From NCBI GenBank assembly GCA_965221695.1, contig OZ244905.1, positions 416,001 through 480,000 on the forward strand: a DNA stretch of 64,000 nucleotides. The letters are read 5' to 3'. The DNA is from Gammaproteobacteria bacterium. GTDB lineage: Bacteria > Pseudomonadota > Gammaproteobacteria > Eutrophobiales > Eutrophobiaceae. Of this stretch, positions 18,871 to 30,506 are shown piece by piece. The position numbers were made by a program, and so were the translations under genes. The notes beneath the pieces are model-generated. The model saw nothing but the letters and a program-made list of their open reading frames with translations. It was not told where the DNA came from and did no database searches. Within the stretch, counting starts at the first letter, position 1. The number at the start of each line of letters is the position of its first letter.

Positions 18871-20490
18871 ATGAAAGCGAATAATTACAACATGCAGAAC
18901 TACCAGGAAACATACGCTGCGTTTCAATGGGAGCGTCCGAAAAAATACAATTTCGCGCGTGATGTGATCGATCGTTGGGACCCTGAAATGACCGCGCTGT
19001 TTTGGGTGGATGATACGGGCGCCGAAATCACCAGGAGTTTTGGTGATATCAGCGACGCATCGAAACGGTTATGCAACGTGCTGACTGCGGCCGGTGTCCG
19101 CAGAGGTGATACGGTGATCGTGATGCTGCCCAGGGTCATACCCTGGTGGGAAACCTTTACCGCCACCTTGCGTATGGGCGCAGTGATATCGCCGGGCACC
19201 GTGCAGCTCTCGGAAAAAGACCTGGAATACCGGATTAACGCGTCGAAGGCCACTTGCGTGATTACCGACAGCGCCAACGCCGGTAAGGTGGAGGCAGTAG
19301 CTGACCGCTGCCCTACCCTGATCGCGCGTATTGTCACAGACGGACGGCGAGAAGGCTGGATCGACTATCAAGAGGCCGTTTCACTCGCAGCGTCCGTGTT
19401 TGAGACCGCCGATACGGCAGCGGAGGATGAGGCCATTTGTTATTTCACTTCAGGCACTACCGGTTATCCCAAGATGTGCATCCATACCCACAGTTACGCG
19501 ATAGGACACAGGATAACCGGTGAATTGTGGCTGGACTTGAAACCTGACGATTTGCACTGGAATGTCAGCGATACCGGCTGGGGCAAGGCCGCATACAGCA
19601 GTTACTTCGGTCCCTGGTTATGCGGCGCGACGTTGTTTATCCATCATACGACCGGGTTCAACGCGCAACGCACCCTGGAACTGCTGGAAAAGTATCCGGT
19701 TACCACATTTTGCGGCGCGCCGACCATTTACCGCCTGCTGGTACTGGAGGATCTCGACCGTTACGATTTCACGACGCTGCGGCATTGCACCGGGGCTGGC
19801 GAACCACTTAACCCTGAAATCATCGAAACCTGGAACAAAGCGACCGGCCTGACAATCCGCGACGGTTACGGGCAAACTGAGTCCGTGATTCTCTGCGCAA
19901 GCTTCCCCTGCCTCGAACCCAGGCCCGGTTCCATGGGCATGCCGTCGCCGGGTGTCGACCTGCAAGTAATCAATGATGCCGGAGATATCCTGGCAGCACA
20001 CGAGGAAGGAGACATCGCCGTGCGTATCCGGCCTGAGGCGCCCCAGGGATTTTTCCGCGAGTACCGCAACGATCCCGAACGCACCGCGGCAACGCGTCGG
20101 GACGACTGGTACGTGACCGGCGATCGCGCCTACCGCGATGAAGACGGTTATTTCTGGTTCGTGAGCCGCGCGGATGACGTGATCCTGTCGGCGGGCTACC
20201 GCATCGGTCCTTTCGAGGTGGAGAGCGCATTGATCGAACATCCTGCGGTCGCAGAGTCGGCGGTCGTCTCCAGTCCGGACCAGACCCGGGGTGAAGTGGT
20301 CAAGGCTTTCGTGATCCTGGCTCCCGGCCACAACGCATCCAGCGAGCTGAAGCAGGAACTCCAGGAGCATGTAAAACAGGTTACCGCGCCCTACAAGTAC
20401 CCGCGCAGGATCGAGTTTGTCGATTCCCTGCCCAAGACCGTCAGCGGCAAGATCCGCCGGGTGGAACTCCGTGAGCGGGAATGGGGTTGA
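18871..20490 (+). CDS. Short/medium-chain acyl-CoA synthetase (ACSM-like)
   Basis: YFTSGTTGYPK, GYGQTE, TGD, LPKTVSGK. Confidence 0.92.
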   Translation: MKANNYNMQNYQETYAAFQWERPKKYNFARDVIDRWDPEMTALFWVDDTGAEITRSFGDISDASKRLCNVLTAAGVRRGDTVIVMLPRVIPWWETFTATLRMGAVISPGTVQLSEKDLEYRINASKATCVITDSANAGKVEAVADRCPTLIARIVTDGRREGWIDYQEAVSLAASVFETADTAAEDEAICYFTSGTTGYPKMCIHTHSYAIGHRITGELWLDLKPDDLHWNVSDTGWGKAAYSSYFGPWLCGATLFIHHTTGFNAQRTLELLEKYPVTTFCGAPTIYRLLVLEDLDRYDFTTLRHCTGAGEPLNPEIIETWNKATGLTIRDGYGQTESVILCASFPCLEPRPGSMGMPSPGVDLQVINDAGDILAAHEEGDIAVRIRPEAPQGFFREYRNDPERTAATRRDDWYVTGDRAYRDEDGYFWFVSRADDVILSAGYRIGPFEVESALIEHPAVAESAVVSSPDQTRGEVVKAFVILAPGHNASSELKQELQEHVKQVTAPYKYPRRIEFVDSLPKTVSGKIRRVELREREWG

Positions 20491-21978
20491 ATGCGAGCTG
20501 ATACGATAGATGAGGTGGCGCCGGCAACCAGACAGGCGCTGATCAGCGGGCTGCGGGAAATTCTGCCCCATGAATGCGTGATTATTGATGAGGCGGCGTT
20601 ACGCGCCTACGAGACAGACGCCCTCAGCGCGTACCGGCAGCCGCCGATGCTGGCCGTGTTGCCGGAAACGACAGCACAGGTCGCAGACGTGCTGAAATTG
20701 TGCAACAACCTGAATGTCAAGGTAGTGCCCAGGGGCGCCGGCACCTCCTTGTCCGGCGGCGCCCTGCCTCTTGCGGATGGCATTGTTCTTGGCCTGGGCA
20801 AGTTCAACAGGATTCTCGAAGTGGATTTCGATAACCGTTGCGTGGTCGCCCAATCAGGTGTGACCAACCTGGCGATCACCGAAGCTGTCGCCCACAGGGG
20901 GTTTTACTACGCCCCGGACCCATCGAGTCAGATCGTCTGTACCATCGGCGGGAACGTCAGTGAAAATTCAGGCGGCGTGCATTGCCTGAAGTACGGGCTG
21001 ACGACGAATAACGTGATGGGGCTGGAAATGGTCACCATCGAAGGAGAGATCCTCCGCCTGGGAGGCAAATACCTGGATCCGGAAGGGTATGACCTGCTCG
21101 GCATCGTTACCGGGTCCGAAGGATTGCTGGGGGTGATCACGGAAGTAACGGTCAGGATCATACGGGAACCGCAGTCGGCCCGGGCCATGCTGATCGGTTT
21201 TCCCGACAATGAAAATGCCGGAGAGTGCGTAGCCGGTATCATCAGCGCCGGCATCATTCCCGCCGGCATAGAGATGATGGATGAATTTGCGATCAAGGCC
21301 GCAGAGGACTTTGTTCATGCCGGCTATCCGGTGCACTGCCCTGCCCTGGTGCTTACGGAACTGGACGGTCCCGAGGCTGAGGTGACTGAGTTGGTAGAAC
21401 AGGTCCGGCATATTGCCGAAGACTGCGGGGCGAACTTCATCAGGGTAAGCGAATCCGAAGAGGAACGCGCGCGTATCTGGGCCGGCAGGAAGGCGGCTTT
21501 CCCGGCATTGGGAGACATATCGCCCGATTACTATTGCATGGATGGCACCATACCCCGACGCGAACTTGCCCATGTGCTGACCCGGATACGGGAACTGTCG
21601 GACCACTACGGCCTGCGTGTCGCCAATGTGTTCCACGCCGGCGACGGCAACCTGCACCCGCTGATCCTGTTCGATGCAAATGACCGCGTAGAACTGGAAA
21701 AAGCCGAACAGTTCGGCGCAGATATCCTGCGCCTGTGTGTTCAGGTCGGCGGTGTGCTCAGCGGCGAACATGGCATCGGTGTCGAGAAACGGGAGCTGAT
21801 GCCCACGATGTTCAATGAGCAAGACCTGCAACAGCAACAGCGGGTCAAGTGCGCGTTTGACCCGGCGGGCCGGCTCAACCCCGGCAAGGTCTTCCCGGTA
21901 CTCCACCGTTGTGCGGAACTCGGAAAGCTGCATGTGCACAAGGGTAATATTCCTTTTCCTGACATACCCAGGTTTTGA
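20491..21978 (+). CDS. glcD: Glycolate oxidase subunit GlcD
   Basis: PRGAGTSLSGG, PDPSSQ, HAGDGNLHP, GEHGIG. Confidence 0.93.
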   Translation: MRADTIDEVAPATRQALISGLREILPHECVIIDEAALRAYETDALSAYRQPPMLAVLPETTAQVADVLKLCNNLNVKVVPRGAGTSLSGGALPLADGIVLGLGKFNRILEVDFDNRCVVAQSGVTNLAITEAVAHRGFYYAPDPSSQIVCTIGGNVSENSGGVHCLKYGLTTNNVMGLEMVTIEGEILRLGGKYLDPEGYDLLGIVTGSEGLLGVITEVTVRIIREPQSARAMLIGFPDNENAGECVAGIISAGIIPAGIEMMDEFAIKAAEDFVHAGYPVHCPALVLTELDGPEAEVTELVEQVRHIAEDCGANFIRVSESEEERARIWAGRKAAFPALGDISPDYYCMDGTIPRRELAHVLTRIRELSDHYGLRVANVFHAGDGNLHPLILFDANDRVELEKAEQFGADILRLCVQVGGVLSGEHGIGVEKRELMPTMFNEQDLQQQQRVKCAFDPAGRLNPGKVFPVLHRCAELGKLHVHKGNIPFPDIPRF

Positions 21979-22060
21979 TTATTTACCTGCTGATGACCAG
22001 AACTCTGTACGCCCCGATCGCCCGTAAATTTTGGCACAGACCAGGGCAGTCCCCCGTACC

Positions 22061-22080
22061 ACTCCCGCGGAAGCGGGAGT
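22061..22080. repeat. ATTCCC-N8-GGGAAT-type palindrome (compensated variant)
   Basis: ACTCCCGCGGAAGCGGGAGT followed by CCAG. Confidence 0.7.
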
Positions 22081-22120
22081 CCAGTCTAATACTGTGTCGC
22101 CTGCAAGGCGAACCTTACAG

Positions 22121-23344
22121 ATGAACGAGCATTTCTATCCGGAAACAGAACAACAGGCTCATGATCTGGTGCGCTGGGTTGTTGCCGAGGATAAAACCAT
22201 CTCGATCCAGGGAAAAAATACCAAGCAGGGCTTCGGTTTGCAGGTCAATGCGGATTGTGTGATGGGCATGGAAAGACTTTCCGGGATACTGGAATACCAC
22301 CCTGAAGAACTGGTCATGACCGCCCTGCCCGGCACCCCGCTGGCCGAGATAACCGGCGCGTTGTCAAAACATAACCAGTACCTGGCCTTTGAGCCACCAG
22401 CATTGAACAGGATGTACCATGTCGATGACGAAGGCACTATAGGTGGCGTTTTCATCGGCAACCTGGCCGGTCCGCGCCGGTTCAAGACGGGCGGCGCACG
22501 GGATCATATCCTCGGGGTCAGGGCGATCAACGGGCGCGGAGAGATATGGAAATCCGGCGGCAAGGTGATCAAGAACGTCAGCGGTTACGACATGAGCAAA
22601 CTGCTTGCCGGCTCCTGGGGCACCTTGTCAGTAGTCACAGAACTGACGTTCAAGGTTCTGCCGGCGCCGGCGGTATCACGCAGTCTTGCCGTATGGGGGT
22701 TGTCGGCACGCCTGGGGTCGGCCTTGCTGGCGCAGGCAATTTCCACACCCTGTGAGCCATCCGGACTGGCATATCTCCCCGCTGAGACGCTGAGCACAAC
22801 CGGGAAAGATGATATATCCAAACCCGGCGAGTCCCTGACACTGATCCGGCTGGAAGGAACGGAACTGTCCGTCAACGAACGCATGCAATCCATCAGGAAA
22901 TGGCTTCCCGGCCCCAGTCAGTACAGCATTTTCGAACAAGCAGAGTCGCTATCAGCGTGGGAATGGATCGGCGATGCAAGACTGCTGGCCGATCAAAAAC
23001 GGACTCCATCCATCATGAAGATTTCACTCCCCCCGGCATCTGCGTGGAATTTGACCCGCTTCATCGATGAATTGAACGGATGTCTATGGTACCTGGACGC
23101 AGCCGGTGGCTGGATATGGGTGGGTATCTGCCATGCCGGCGGGGAGGACAAACTGCAAACCATCAGGCGGGAAGTCAACACCCTGGGCGGCGCTGCTATC
23201 TTGTATCGCGCCCCTGAGGCCATGAAGCAACGTACCGGCATCTATTCCTTCGCGGACTCATCCGTCAAACGCATGAACGGAAAAATAAAGGCCGGTTTTG
23301 ATCCGGGCAATATCTTCAACCCGGGCAGACTCCATGCGCACTGA
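22121..23344 (+). CDS. glcE: Glycolate oxidase FAD subunit GlcE
   Basis: YHPEELV, GPRR, GGKVIKNVSGYDMSKL, FDPGNIFNPGR. Confidence 0.9.
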   Translation: MNEHFYPETEQQAHDLVRWVVAEDKTISIQGKNTKQGFGLQVNADCVMGMERLSGILEYHPEELVMTALPGTPLAEITGALSKHNQYLAFEPPALNRMYHVDDEGTIGGVFIGNLAGPRRFKTGGARDHILGVRAINGRGEIWKSGGKVIKNVSGYDMSKLLAGSWGTLSVVTELTFKVLPAPAVSRSLAVWGLSARLGSALLAQAISTPCEPSGLAYLPAETLSTTGKDDISKPGESLTLIRLEGTELSVNERMQSIRKWLPGPSQYSIFEQAESLSAWEWIGDARLLADQKRTPSIMKISLPPASAWNLTRFIDELNGCLWYLDAAGGWIWVGICHAGGEDKLQTIRREVNTLGGAAILYRAPEAMKQRTGIYSFADSSVKRMNGKIKAGFDPGNIFNPGRLHAH

Positions 23345-24599
23345 ATTCTCGGCAACGCAACTGGCAGACCCCGTACTGGATGAAGCCAACAGCATCCTGC
23401 GCAAATGCGTGCACTGTGGATTTTGCAACGCCACCTGCCCTACCTTCAAGCTGATAGGCGATGAACTGGATGGGCCGCGCGGGCGCATCTACCTGCTGAA
23501 AAACCTGCTGGAACAGCAAGCGGAGCCCTCTGCAGAAGTCGTGAAACACATAGACCGCTGCCTATCGTGCCTGTCCTGTATGTCTACCTGCCCTTCCGGT
23601 GTGAATTACAAGCGCCTGGTGGATACGGGGCGCGGGTATATCGAGGAAAAATTCAGCCGCCCGCTCCCGGACAGGCTATTGCGCAAACTGCTGGTCTCAA
23701 CCCTGCCCTACCCGAACCGGTTCCGCCTGCTGTTTAACCTGTCCCGGTTGCTTTTACCCCTCCGGCGACTGCTGCCAACGCGGCTTCGTAGCGCGGTGAA
23801 TCTTCGCCCTCCGGCCGCGACCAGGAACAGCAACCGGACTGAAGGCCCAGACAGCGCCGCTAACGCAGTCGGCCTGATCGGCGGTTGTGTGCAGCAGGTA
23901 ATGGGCCGTCACATCAATTCTGCCAGCGCGCGCGTGCTGGAACGGCACGGCTGGCGTGTGCACCTGCTCACGGAACCGGCCTGTTGCGGCGCAGTCGAAC
24001 ACCACCTCGGCAAGACTGCTCTGGCGCACCGCCGTTTCAGAAACAACATCGCCGATTGGCTGAGGCAAATTGATGAACTGGGCCTACAAGCGTTGATCGT
24101 CAATGCATCCGGCTGCGGCACCATGATCAAGGACTACGGGTACCTGTTCCGGCACGATGCGGAACTGGCCGCCGGCGCGGAAAAAATCAGCGCCATGACC
24201 CGTGACATCACGGAATTCCTGCCCGTTCAGCACAGCGCCAACGGTAATGGTGAGCACGCACAGGTCCGCATCGCCTACCAAAGTCCCTGTTCCATGCAAC
24301 ATGGCCAGAAGATTGACCGGCAACCCATGACCCTGCTGGAACAAGCCGGCTTCACGGTGCGGGAACTCCCAGAGAAATACATGTGCTGCGGCTCTGCCGG
24401 CGCCTATAATATCCTGCAACCGGACATTGCAACGGAACTCGGCCAAAGAAAGGCCGCGCATATCGATCAAGCAAACGTGGACGCAGTCGCCAGCGGTAAC
24501 CTGGCCTGCATGATGCACCTGCGCCAGTTCACCAATGTTCCCTTTGTACATACTGTGGAACTGCTCGATTGGGCGACAGGAGGCCCGAAACCGTTTTAG
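23334..24599 (+). CDS. glcF: Glycolate oxidase Fe-S subunit GlcF
   Basis: CVHCGFCNATCP, CLSCLSCMSTCP, two CCG domains. Confidence 0.93.
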   Translation: MRTEFSATQLADPVLDEANSILRKCVHCGFCNATCPTFKLIGDELDGPRGRIYLLKNLLEQQAEPSAEVVKHIDRCLSCLSCMSTCPSGVNYKRLVDTGRGYIEEKFSRPLPDRLLRKLLVSTLPYPNRFRLLFNLSRLLLPLRRLLPTRLRSAVNLRPPAATRNSNRTEGPDSAANAVGLIGGCVQQVMGRHINSASARVLERHGWRVHLLTEPACCGAVEHHLGKTALAHRRFRNNIADWLRQIDELGLQALIVNASGCGTMIKDYGYLFRHDAELAAGAEKISAMTRDITEFLPVQHSANGNGEHAQVRIAYQSPCSMQHGQKIDRQPMTLLEQAGFTVRELPEKYMCCGSAGAYNILQPDIATELGQRKAAHIDQANVDAVASGNLACMMHLRQFTNVPFVHTVELLDWATGGPKPF

Positions 24600-24630
24600 G
24601 GATCCTCTGGGAGATTAAGTCAGAGCTTCC
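24600..24630. repeat. Degenerate solo palindrome of the 151-bp MITE family
   Basis: GGATCCTCTGGGAGATTAAGTCAGAGCTTCC followed by TTAA. Confidence 0.7.
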
Positions 24631-25005
24631 TTAAGCCCCCCATCGCGGGCAGTGCCCCCTGCCCATTGATGTAAATGGTGCCCAGGGCCGGACTTGAAAG
24701 TAAGCCATAACTAATTGTTTAGTAGGTTCTTTTATAAGCTATTGGTTCTTAATACCGCCATATATACCGACAACGTTATAAGTAGGATTTGAGCCTTAAC
24801 CAAATTTTTTGATCCGAGTCCTTTTGCTCAGATAAAAGGGTGTAAAGAATGTGAAGCCCGCCCGAACAGCCCCATAGATGGGAGCTAAAAGCCAGAAATT
24901 CTCAAATAACGTTTAGCTAGAGACTATACGTTTCAGGTCAGATGCAAATTTAACGAGCTTAGAGTTTGAACCGCCCCGGGAATCCCGGAGACTCGTTAGT
25001 TTGAG

Positions 25006-26225
<1,220 letters not shown>

Positions 26226-26889
26226 TGCTCCATCCTCTCAAGAAATGGAGCCTCCGGCAAATCCGGGGCGGTTCAGTTTACACTTTCAATATCAGTTACT
26301 AATTCCTCATATTGCCCATATTTCTGTTGTAATTCTTGGGGAGTGATACCAGTTTTGTCTTGCTCGTCATACCACGCCCTGAATTTTGCTTGCCATTCTG
26401 TCAGGTGGGGACGAAGTCCATCGTTCAAAACATTTAAGGCGACGTCTGTCAGATGCTCAATGCTTCCTTTATCTACACCATGCAGTTTCTCTACAGGAAT
26501 GTCTCTTATCAGCTCTCGAACAACTCCAAATAGTGTGTACCAAGAGTCGTACACCTGAACTATTACATCTTTTTCACGCTCAAATGGTAGTGCTGCTTTG
26601 CGAGTCACCAGCTCAGTCCAAATTTGATGGGCTATCAGTTTTTCTTGATAATTTGCGGTGATCTCAACAGTGCCTGTATTGAATGGCATATTTATGGTAA
26701 TGGTACCGGCTTGACGATTTCGCACTTTCCGAAAAAAAATCCACCAAACTATGCCGATAACGATCAATATAATTGCCACTGCAACCAAGCTGATGGTGAT
26801 ATTTAAGTCCAGGCCATCAATATTTATTGCAAGTAAATTAATGTCTAGCAAGTAGGGTAAATTTTTACCAGACTCTATCCCTTTAGCGT

Positions 26890-27483
26890 TCAATGAGTTA
26901 CTCCACAAACATCACACTTACGATTATAACTCCACATATCTCCAGGATTAGAAATCAAATTTGATCTAGTCGCTCTGGAAACGAATGCATCCTCAATCCA
27001 AGATCTGAGCTCCTGAGCGCTAGATGGGTATTTATAGCAACGCGCATAACAGCCACTGTTCGTATCATGCCAGTTAAGAGCCAAGCGCTCAGGTATATAT
27101 GCTCTACCGTAAGTGCTTGGCAACCCGATACCTATTAATCCGTGTGGCAATTGGCCGCCTAAACCGCCTCGTTGTAAAGATGCCTTAATTTCCCAGTCCA
27201 CATATCTCCTGCTATGGGTGCAAGTTCCTATCAAAACTATCATCACCGTAGAGTGGCCAAAATGCCGACTTCGAATAGCCTGCATGACGTAATTAGGGTT
27301 AGTGCTATTGATAATATCAGTTCCATAGCTCTGATAGGAATTAAGCATCACCGGAGTAAAGACATGCCTGAAGTCGTTGACGAAGTTGTCGACTTCAATC
27401 TGATCACCGTGGTAGTAAGAAATAAAGCAATTGCGCTTTGTTATCTGAAGGCCAGACAAACCGCTGTTGAGTAGTCCAGCCAC
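26890..27483 (-). CDS. TIR-like domain protein (Thoeris ThsB / MTH538-DUF1863 type)
   Basis: CFISYYH, STVMIVLIG..THSRRYVDWEIKASL with catalytic Glu. GTG start after GGAG. C-terminal CxxC..H. Confidence 0.88.
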   Translation of the reverse strand: MAGLLNSGLSGLQITKRNCFISYYHGDQIEVDNFVNDFRHVFTPVMLNSYQSYGTDIINSTNPNYVMQAIRSRHFGHSTVMIVLIGTCTHSRRYVDWEIKASLQRGGLGGQLPHGLIGIGLPSTYGRAYIPERLALNWHDTNSGCYARCYKYPSSAQELRSWIEDAFVSRATRSNLISNPGDMWSYNRKCDVCGVTH

Positions 27484-27564
27484 AATAGTCTCCAATAGTA
27501 ATTTTTCTGTTAACAGGAATCGACTTCTCCAGAATATGGGGACAAACGGGCAAAATTACAACAG

Positions 27565-27583
27565 TGAACCGCCCCGGATTTGC
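27565..27583 (+). mobile_element. Isolated IS3 left-end fragment
   Basis: TGAACCGCCCCGGATTTGC is identical to the reverse complement of 26257..26275. Confidence 0.85.
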
Positions 27584-28033
27584 AGTCAGATTCAAACTTC
27601 AGAGAGCTTATTCCCCATAGGCATTTTATACCTGTATCTGAATATACATGGGAACGAGGTGGTGTCGATTACTCAATTGAAAATACCTTATCAATTTATC
27701 TACCAGCCAAAGAACTTATCGACGAACTAGGATTAAAAAGATCCTAATAATTTTGGTAGCTGGTGCTCAGGCCAGCAAGAAGTCTTTGTCGATCCGAGCC
27801 TAAATGAATATGGTCCCAGCTACGCTTTGATACGTGAAAGTGTGTTGAAAGAGTGGATGGCAAAACATGGGCTGCAAATTATCTGGTTAATTGGGGGGGA
27901 AAAGCAGTTATTCCCGTCAAACTTAGACCCAAGTGGATTTTTTGGGAGGCTAACATTTAACGGTGTTTATAGGTTGGAAAACGATCGTCCAGTAGGAAAC
28001 TTATATTTTGAAATAGATAAACGTGTGAATTGA
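27584..28033 (+). pseudogene. C-terminal remnant of a large Avs2/STAND-type ATPase gene
   Basis: EYTWERGGVDYSIENTLSIYLPAKELI, a frameshift, then VFVDPSLNEYGPSYALIRE...IIWLIGGEKQ. Recalled resemblance to Avs2 C-termini, not verified. Confidence 0.55.
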
Positions 28034-28168
28034 CTGCAATTTTTGAATGGGAATATAGAAGAACAGAATAGAATGTGCACACGAGAATTAGTTTTGCGGA
28101 AAAATACCTTATAAATAATTGCTTACGAGTTCTTATAGGATAATACTGGAACCAGATAAACGGATGTA

Positions 28169-28255
28169 TGGTGCCCAGGGCCGGACTCGAACCGGCACGG
28201 AGTTTCCTCCGAGGGATTTTAAGTCCCTTGTGTCTACCAATTTCACCACCCGGGC
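28169..28255 (-). tRNA. tRNA-Leu(TAA)
   Basis: GCCCGGGTGGTGAAATTGGTAGACAC...CT-TAA-AA...GGTTCGAGTCC...CCA; long variable arm. Confidence 0.97.
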
Positions 28256-28363
28256 TTGGATCGGGAAAGAATAATACCCATTTCAGTTAATTCTGACATG
28301 TTCGGCAGGCTGGGGTAGAAATCCTACCCCGCTTTTTCGGCTCCATCAAGCCTCCACGTCATA

Positions 28364-29518
28364 TCATTCAACCAGTTGCTCCATAAAAGCCCCCAGGTTA
28401 CAGGATAACAACCGCCCATCTCCATGTGAGTGGCGGGTTTGCGAAATCAGAAAACGTCTTGATGAATTTATCATATCAGCCACTCTGTTCAGCTTAGCCA
28501 TATCATTCGGGCCAGGCGAGGCGGTAAGTTTAATTTCAATTGCCCATAGTTCTGAGCCAAAATCAAGCGCCAGGTCAAGCTCATGCTGATCGCTGGTCCT
28601 GAAATAATACGCATCGCAGTGTTTTTTCTGGGCCGGCAAGACCCCCAGAACTTGTTCAATAACATAGCCTTCCCAACTGGCGCCAACCCATGGCCGGGAA
28701 AGCAATGAACGGTCATCGGACACATTCATCAAGGCGTGGAGCAAACCACTGTCCCGCCAGTATATTTTGGGACTCTTTATCAGGCGTTTCCTGATATTTG
28801 CCTGGTATGGTTGAAGGCGGCGGATCAGGAAGCCTCCCACCAGGTAATCAAGATAGCTGTTTACCGTATGGTATGAAAGTCCCAGGCTTTTACCCAATTG
28901 CGAAGCGTTCCACACCTGCCCGTGTGACGCCGCCAGCATGCGCAACAGGCGGCCAGTCACCTGTGGACTGGCAGGCAATCCCCATAGTGGTAAATCCCTT
29001 TGACTCAAGAGGCTGAGGTAGTCCAACTGCCATTGGGGGTACTGCCGTGCTTCAAGGACGCCGCCGTCGGGATACCCGCCGTAAAGCCAGTGTCGCTTGC
29101 GCGAAACTCCGGCAGTCAACTCGGTAAACAAAAACGGTGTTAATTCGATGAGAGACAGCCGACCGGCAAGTGATTCCGAAACCTGAAGCATAAGTGTCGG
29201 TGATACAGAACCCAGCAGCAGGAAACGCCCCATACGTTTACGGTCCTGATCGATCGCGCCGCGCAGACGTGCAAATATCCCCGGCCATGATTGTGCCTCA
29301 TCCAGGATGACCAGCTTATTCCCTGTCACCAGACTTTCCCATTCGAGGTCGAGACGAAGACGCTCGGCTTCCTGCTCCAGATCGAAATAATTCCCCCCCA
29401 ATTCCTGCGCCAGGGTTGTCTTACCGGACTGGCGCGGACCTATCAGCGCCACGGCCGGATACATTTCCAGGCGCTCCAGCAAGCGGGGTTTTATTTTTCG
29501 ATTGATCATATCTTGCAT
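28364..29518 (-). CDS. AAA_14 ATPase with DUF4143 C-terminal domain
   Basis: GPRQSGKTT, ILDEAQ, ESLAGR, KSPKIYWRDSG, ELD...AIEIK. Confidence 0.9.
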   Translation of the reverse strand: MQDMINRKIKPRLLERLEMYPAVALIGPRQSGKTTLAQELGGNYFDLEQEAERLRLDLEWESLVTGNKLVILDEAQSWPGIFARLRGAIDQDRKRMGRFLLLGSVSPTLMLQVSESLAGRLSLIELTPFLFTELTAGVSRKRHWLYGGYPDGGVLEARQYPQWQLDYLSLLSQRDLPLWGLPASPQVTGRLLRMLAASHGQVWNASQLGKSLGLSYHTVNSYLDYLVGGFLIRRLQPYQANIRKRLIKSPKIYWRDSGLLHALMNVSDDRSLLSRPWVGASWEGYVIEQVLGVLPAQKKHCDAYYFRTSDQHELDLALDFGSELWAIEIKLTASPGPNDMAKLNRVADMINSSRRFLISQTRHSHGDGRLLSCNLGAFMEQLVE

Positions 29519-29732
29519 TATAGAAATCTATTTCTAATTTGCAAGGATAACCATGTAAAGGAACCTCTGAGGATTAAACGGAAGATTGAAACTGATACAA
29601 CTCTTTCCAGGAACCCATTGTCAGCCATTATGGTATCATCACTATGCTTTCATTCGCAGGCATGCATAGGGACAACAAATTCTGCGCGATCATTGCATCC
29701 ACAGGCGTCATATCCGTATTAGAAAAATTAAG

Positions 29733-30506
29733 ATGAGTTTCACCAGCAGTGACCTCTCTGTCGAAATCAGGGAACAGGTTTTGTATGTAACGATCAATCG
29801 TCCTGAAAAGCGTAATGCGCTGAGCCGCGCAACCCTGAAAGAAATTGGTCATGTGTTTGATCATCATCAATCAAATGATTCCATACTGGTTGCGGTATTG
29901 ACGGGAGCCGGTGAAAAGAGTTTTGCTGCGGGCGGTGATCTCAAAGATTTGGACTCTGTCCGCACGCGCGAACTGACTGTTGACATGGTCGATACAGGTA
30001 AAACAGCGTTGGATGCCATTCGTAATTTCTGTGTGCCCGTTGTCGCGGCCATCAACGGTACGGCATTGGGTGGCGGCGCGGAGTTGGCCATGGCTTGTGA
30101 TTACCGGGTTGCGGCTGAAACGGCAAAAATTGGCTTTGTCCAGGGAAAACTCAATATCACCACGGCCTGGGGCGGCGGCGCCGATTTAATCGAACGAATT
30201 GGCTCAGCCCCGGCATTACGTCTGCTTGCCGATTGCAGGATTCTCGACGCCAAAGCTGCGCTGGAACTGGGCGTTATCGATGCCTGTTGCCGAAACGGCG
30301 AATCGCTCGATGCTTGCCTGGAAGATTTTATCTTGCCTCTGCTGGCGCGCAGCACAACCGTGATGCGCAGCTACAAAGCGTTGAGAAACCGGGCGCGCAA
30401 CGTGTTTACGCAGCCATTACGCGAACTTGAAACAAACAACTTCATTGAATCCTGGTTGCACGATGAACACTGGCAGGCGGCAGCCAATATCCTGAAAAAA
30501 AAGTGA
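29733..30506 (+). CDS. Enoyl-CoA hydratase/isomerase family protein
   Basis: NRPEKRNAL, FAAGGDL, GGGAELAMACD. Confidence 0.9.
   Translation: MSFTSSDLSVEIREQVLYVTINRPEKRNALSRATLKEIGHVFDHHQSNDSILVAVLTGAGEKSFAAGGDLKDLDSVRTRELTVDMVDTGKTALDAIRNFCVPVVAAINGTALGGGAELAMACDYRVAAETAKIGFVQGKLNITTAWGGGADLIERIGSAPALRLLADCRILDAKAALELGVIDACCRNGESLDACLEDFILPLLARSTTVMRSYKALRNRARNVFTQPLRELETNNFIESWLHDEHWQAAANILKKK

Noticed and set aside
28364-29518. AAA_14/DUF4143 gene as part of the defence island
   Set aside because: It lies outside the att repeats, on the 5' side of the tRNA; a common stand-alone family.
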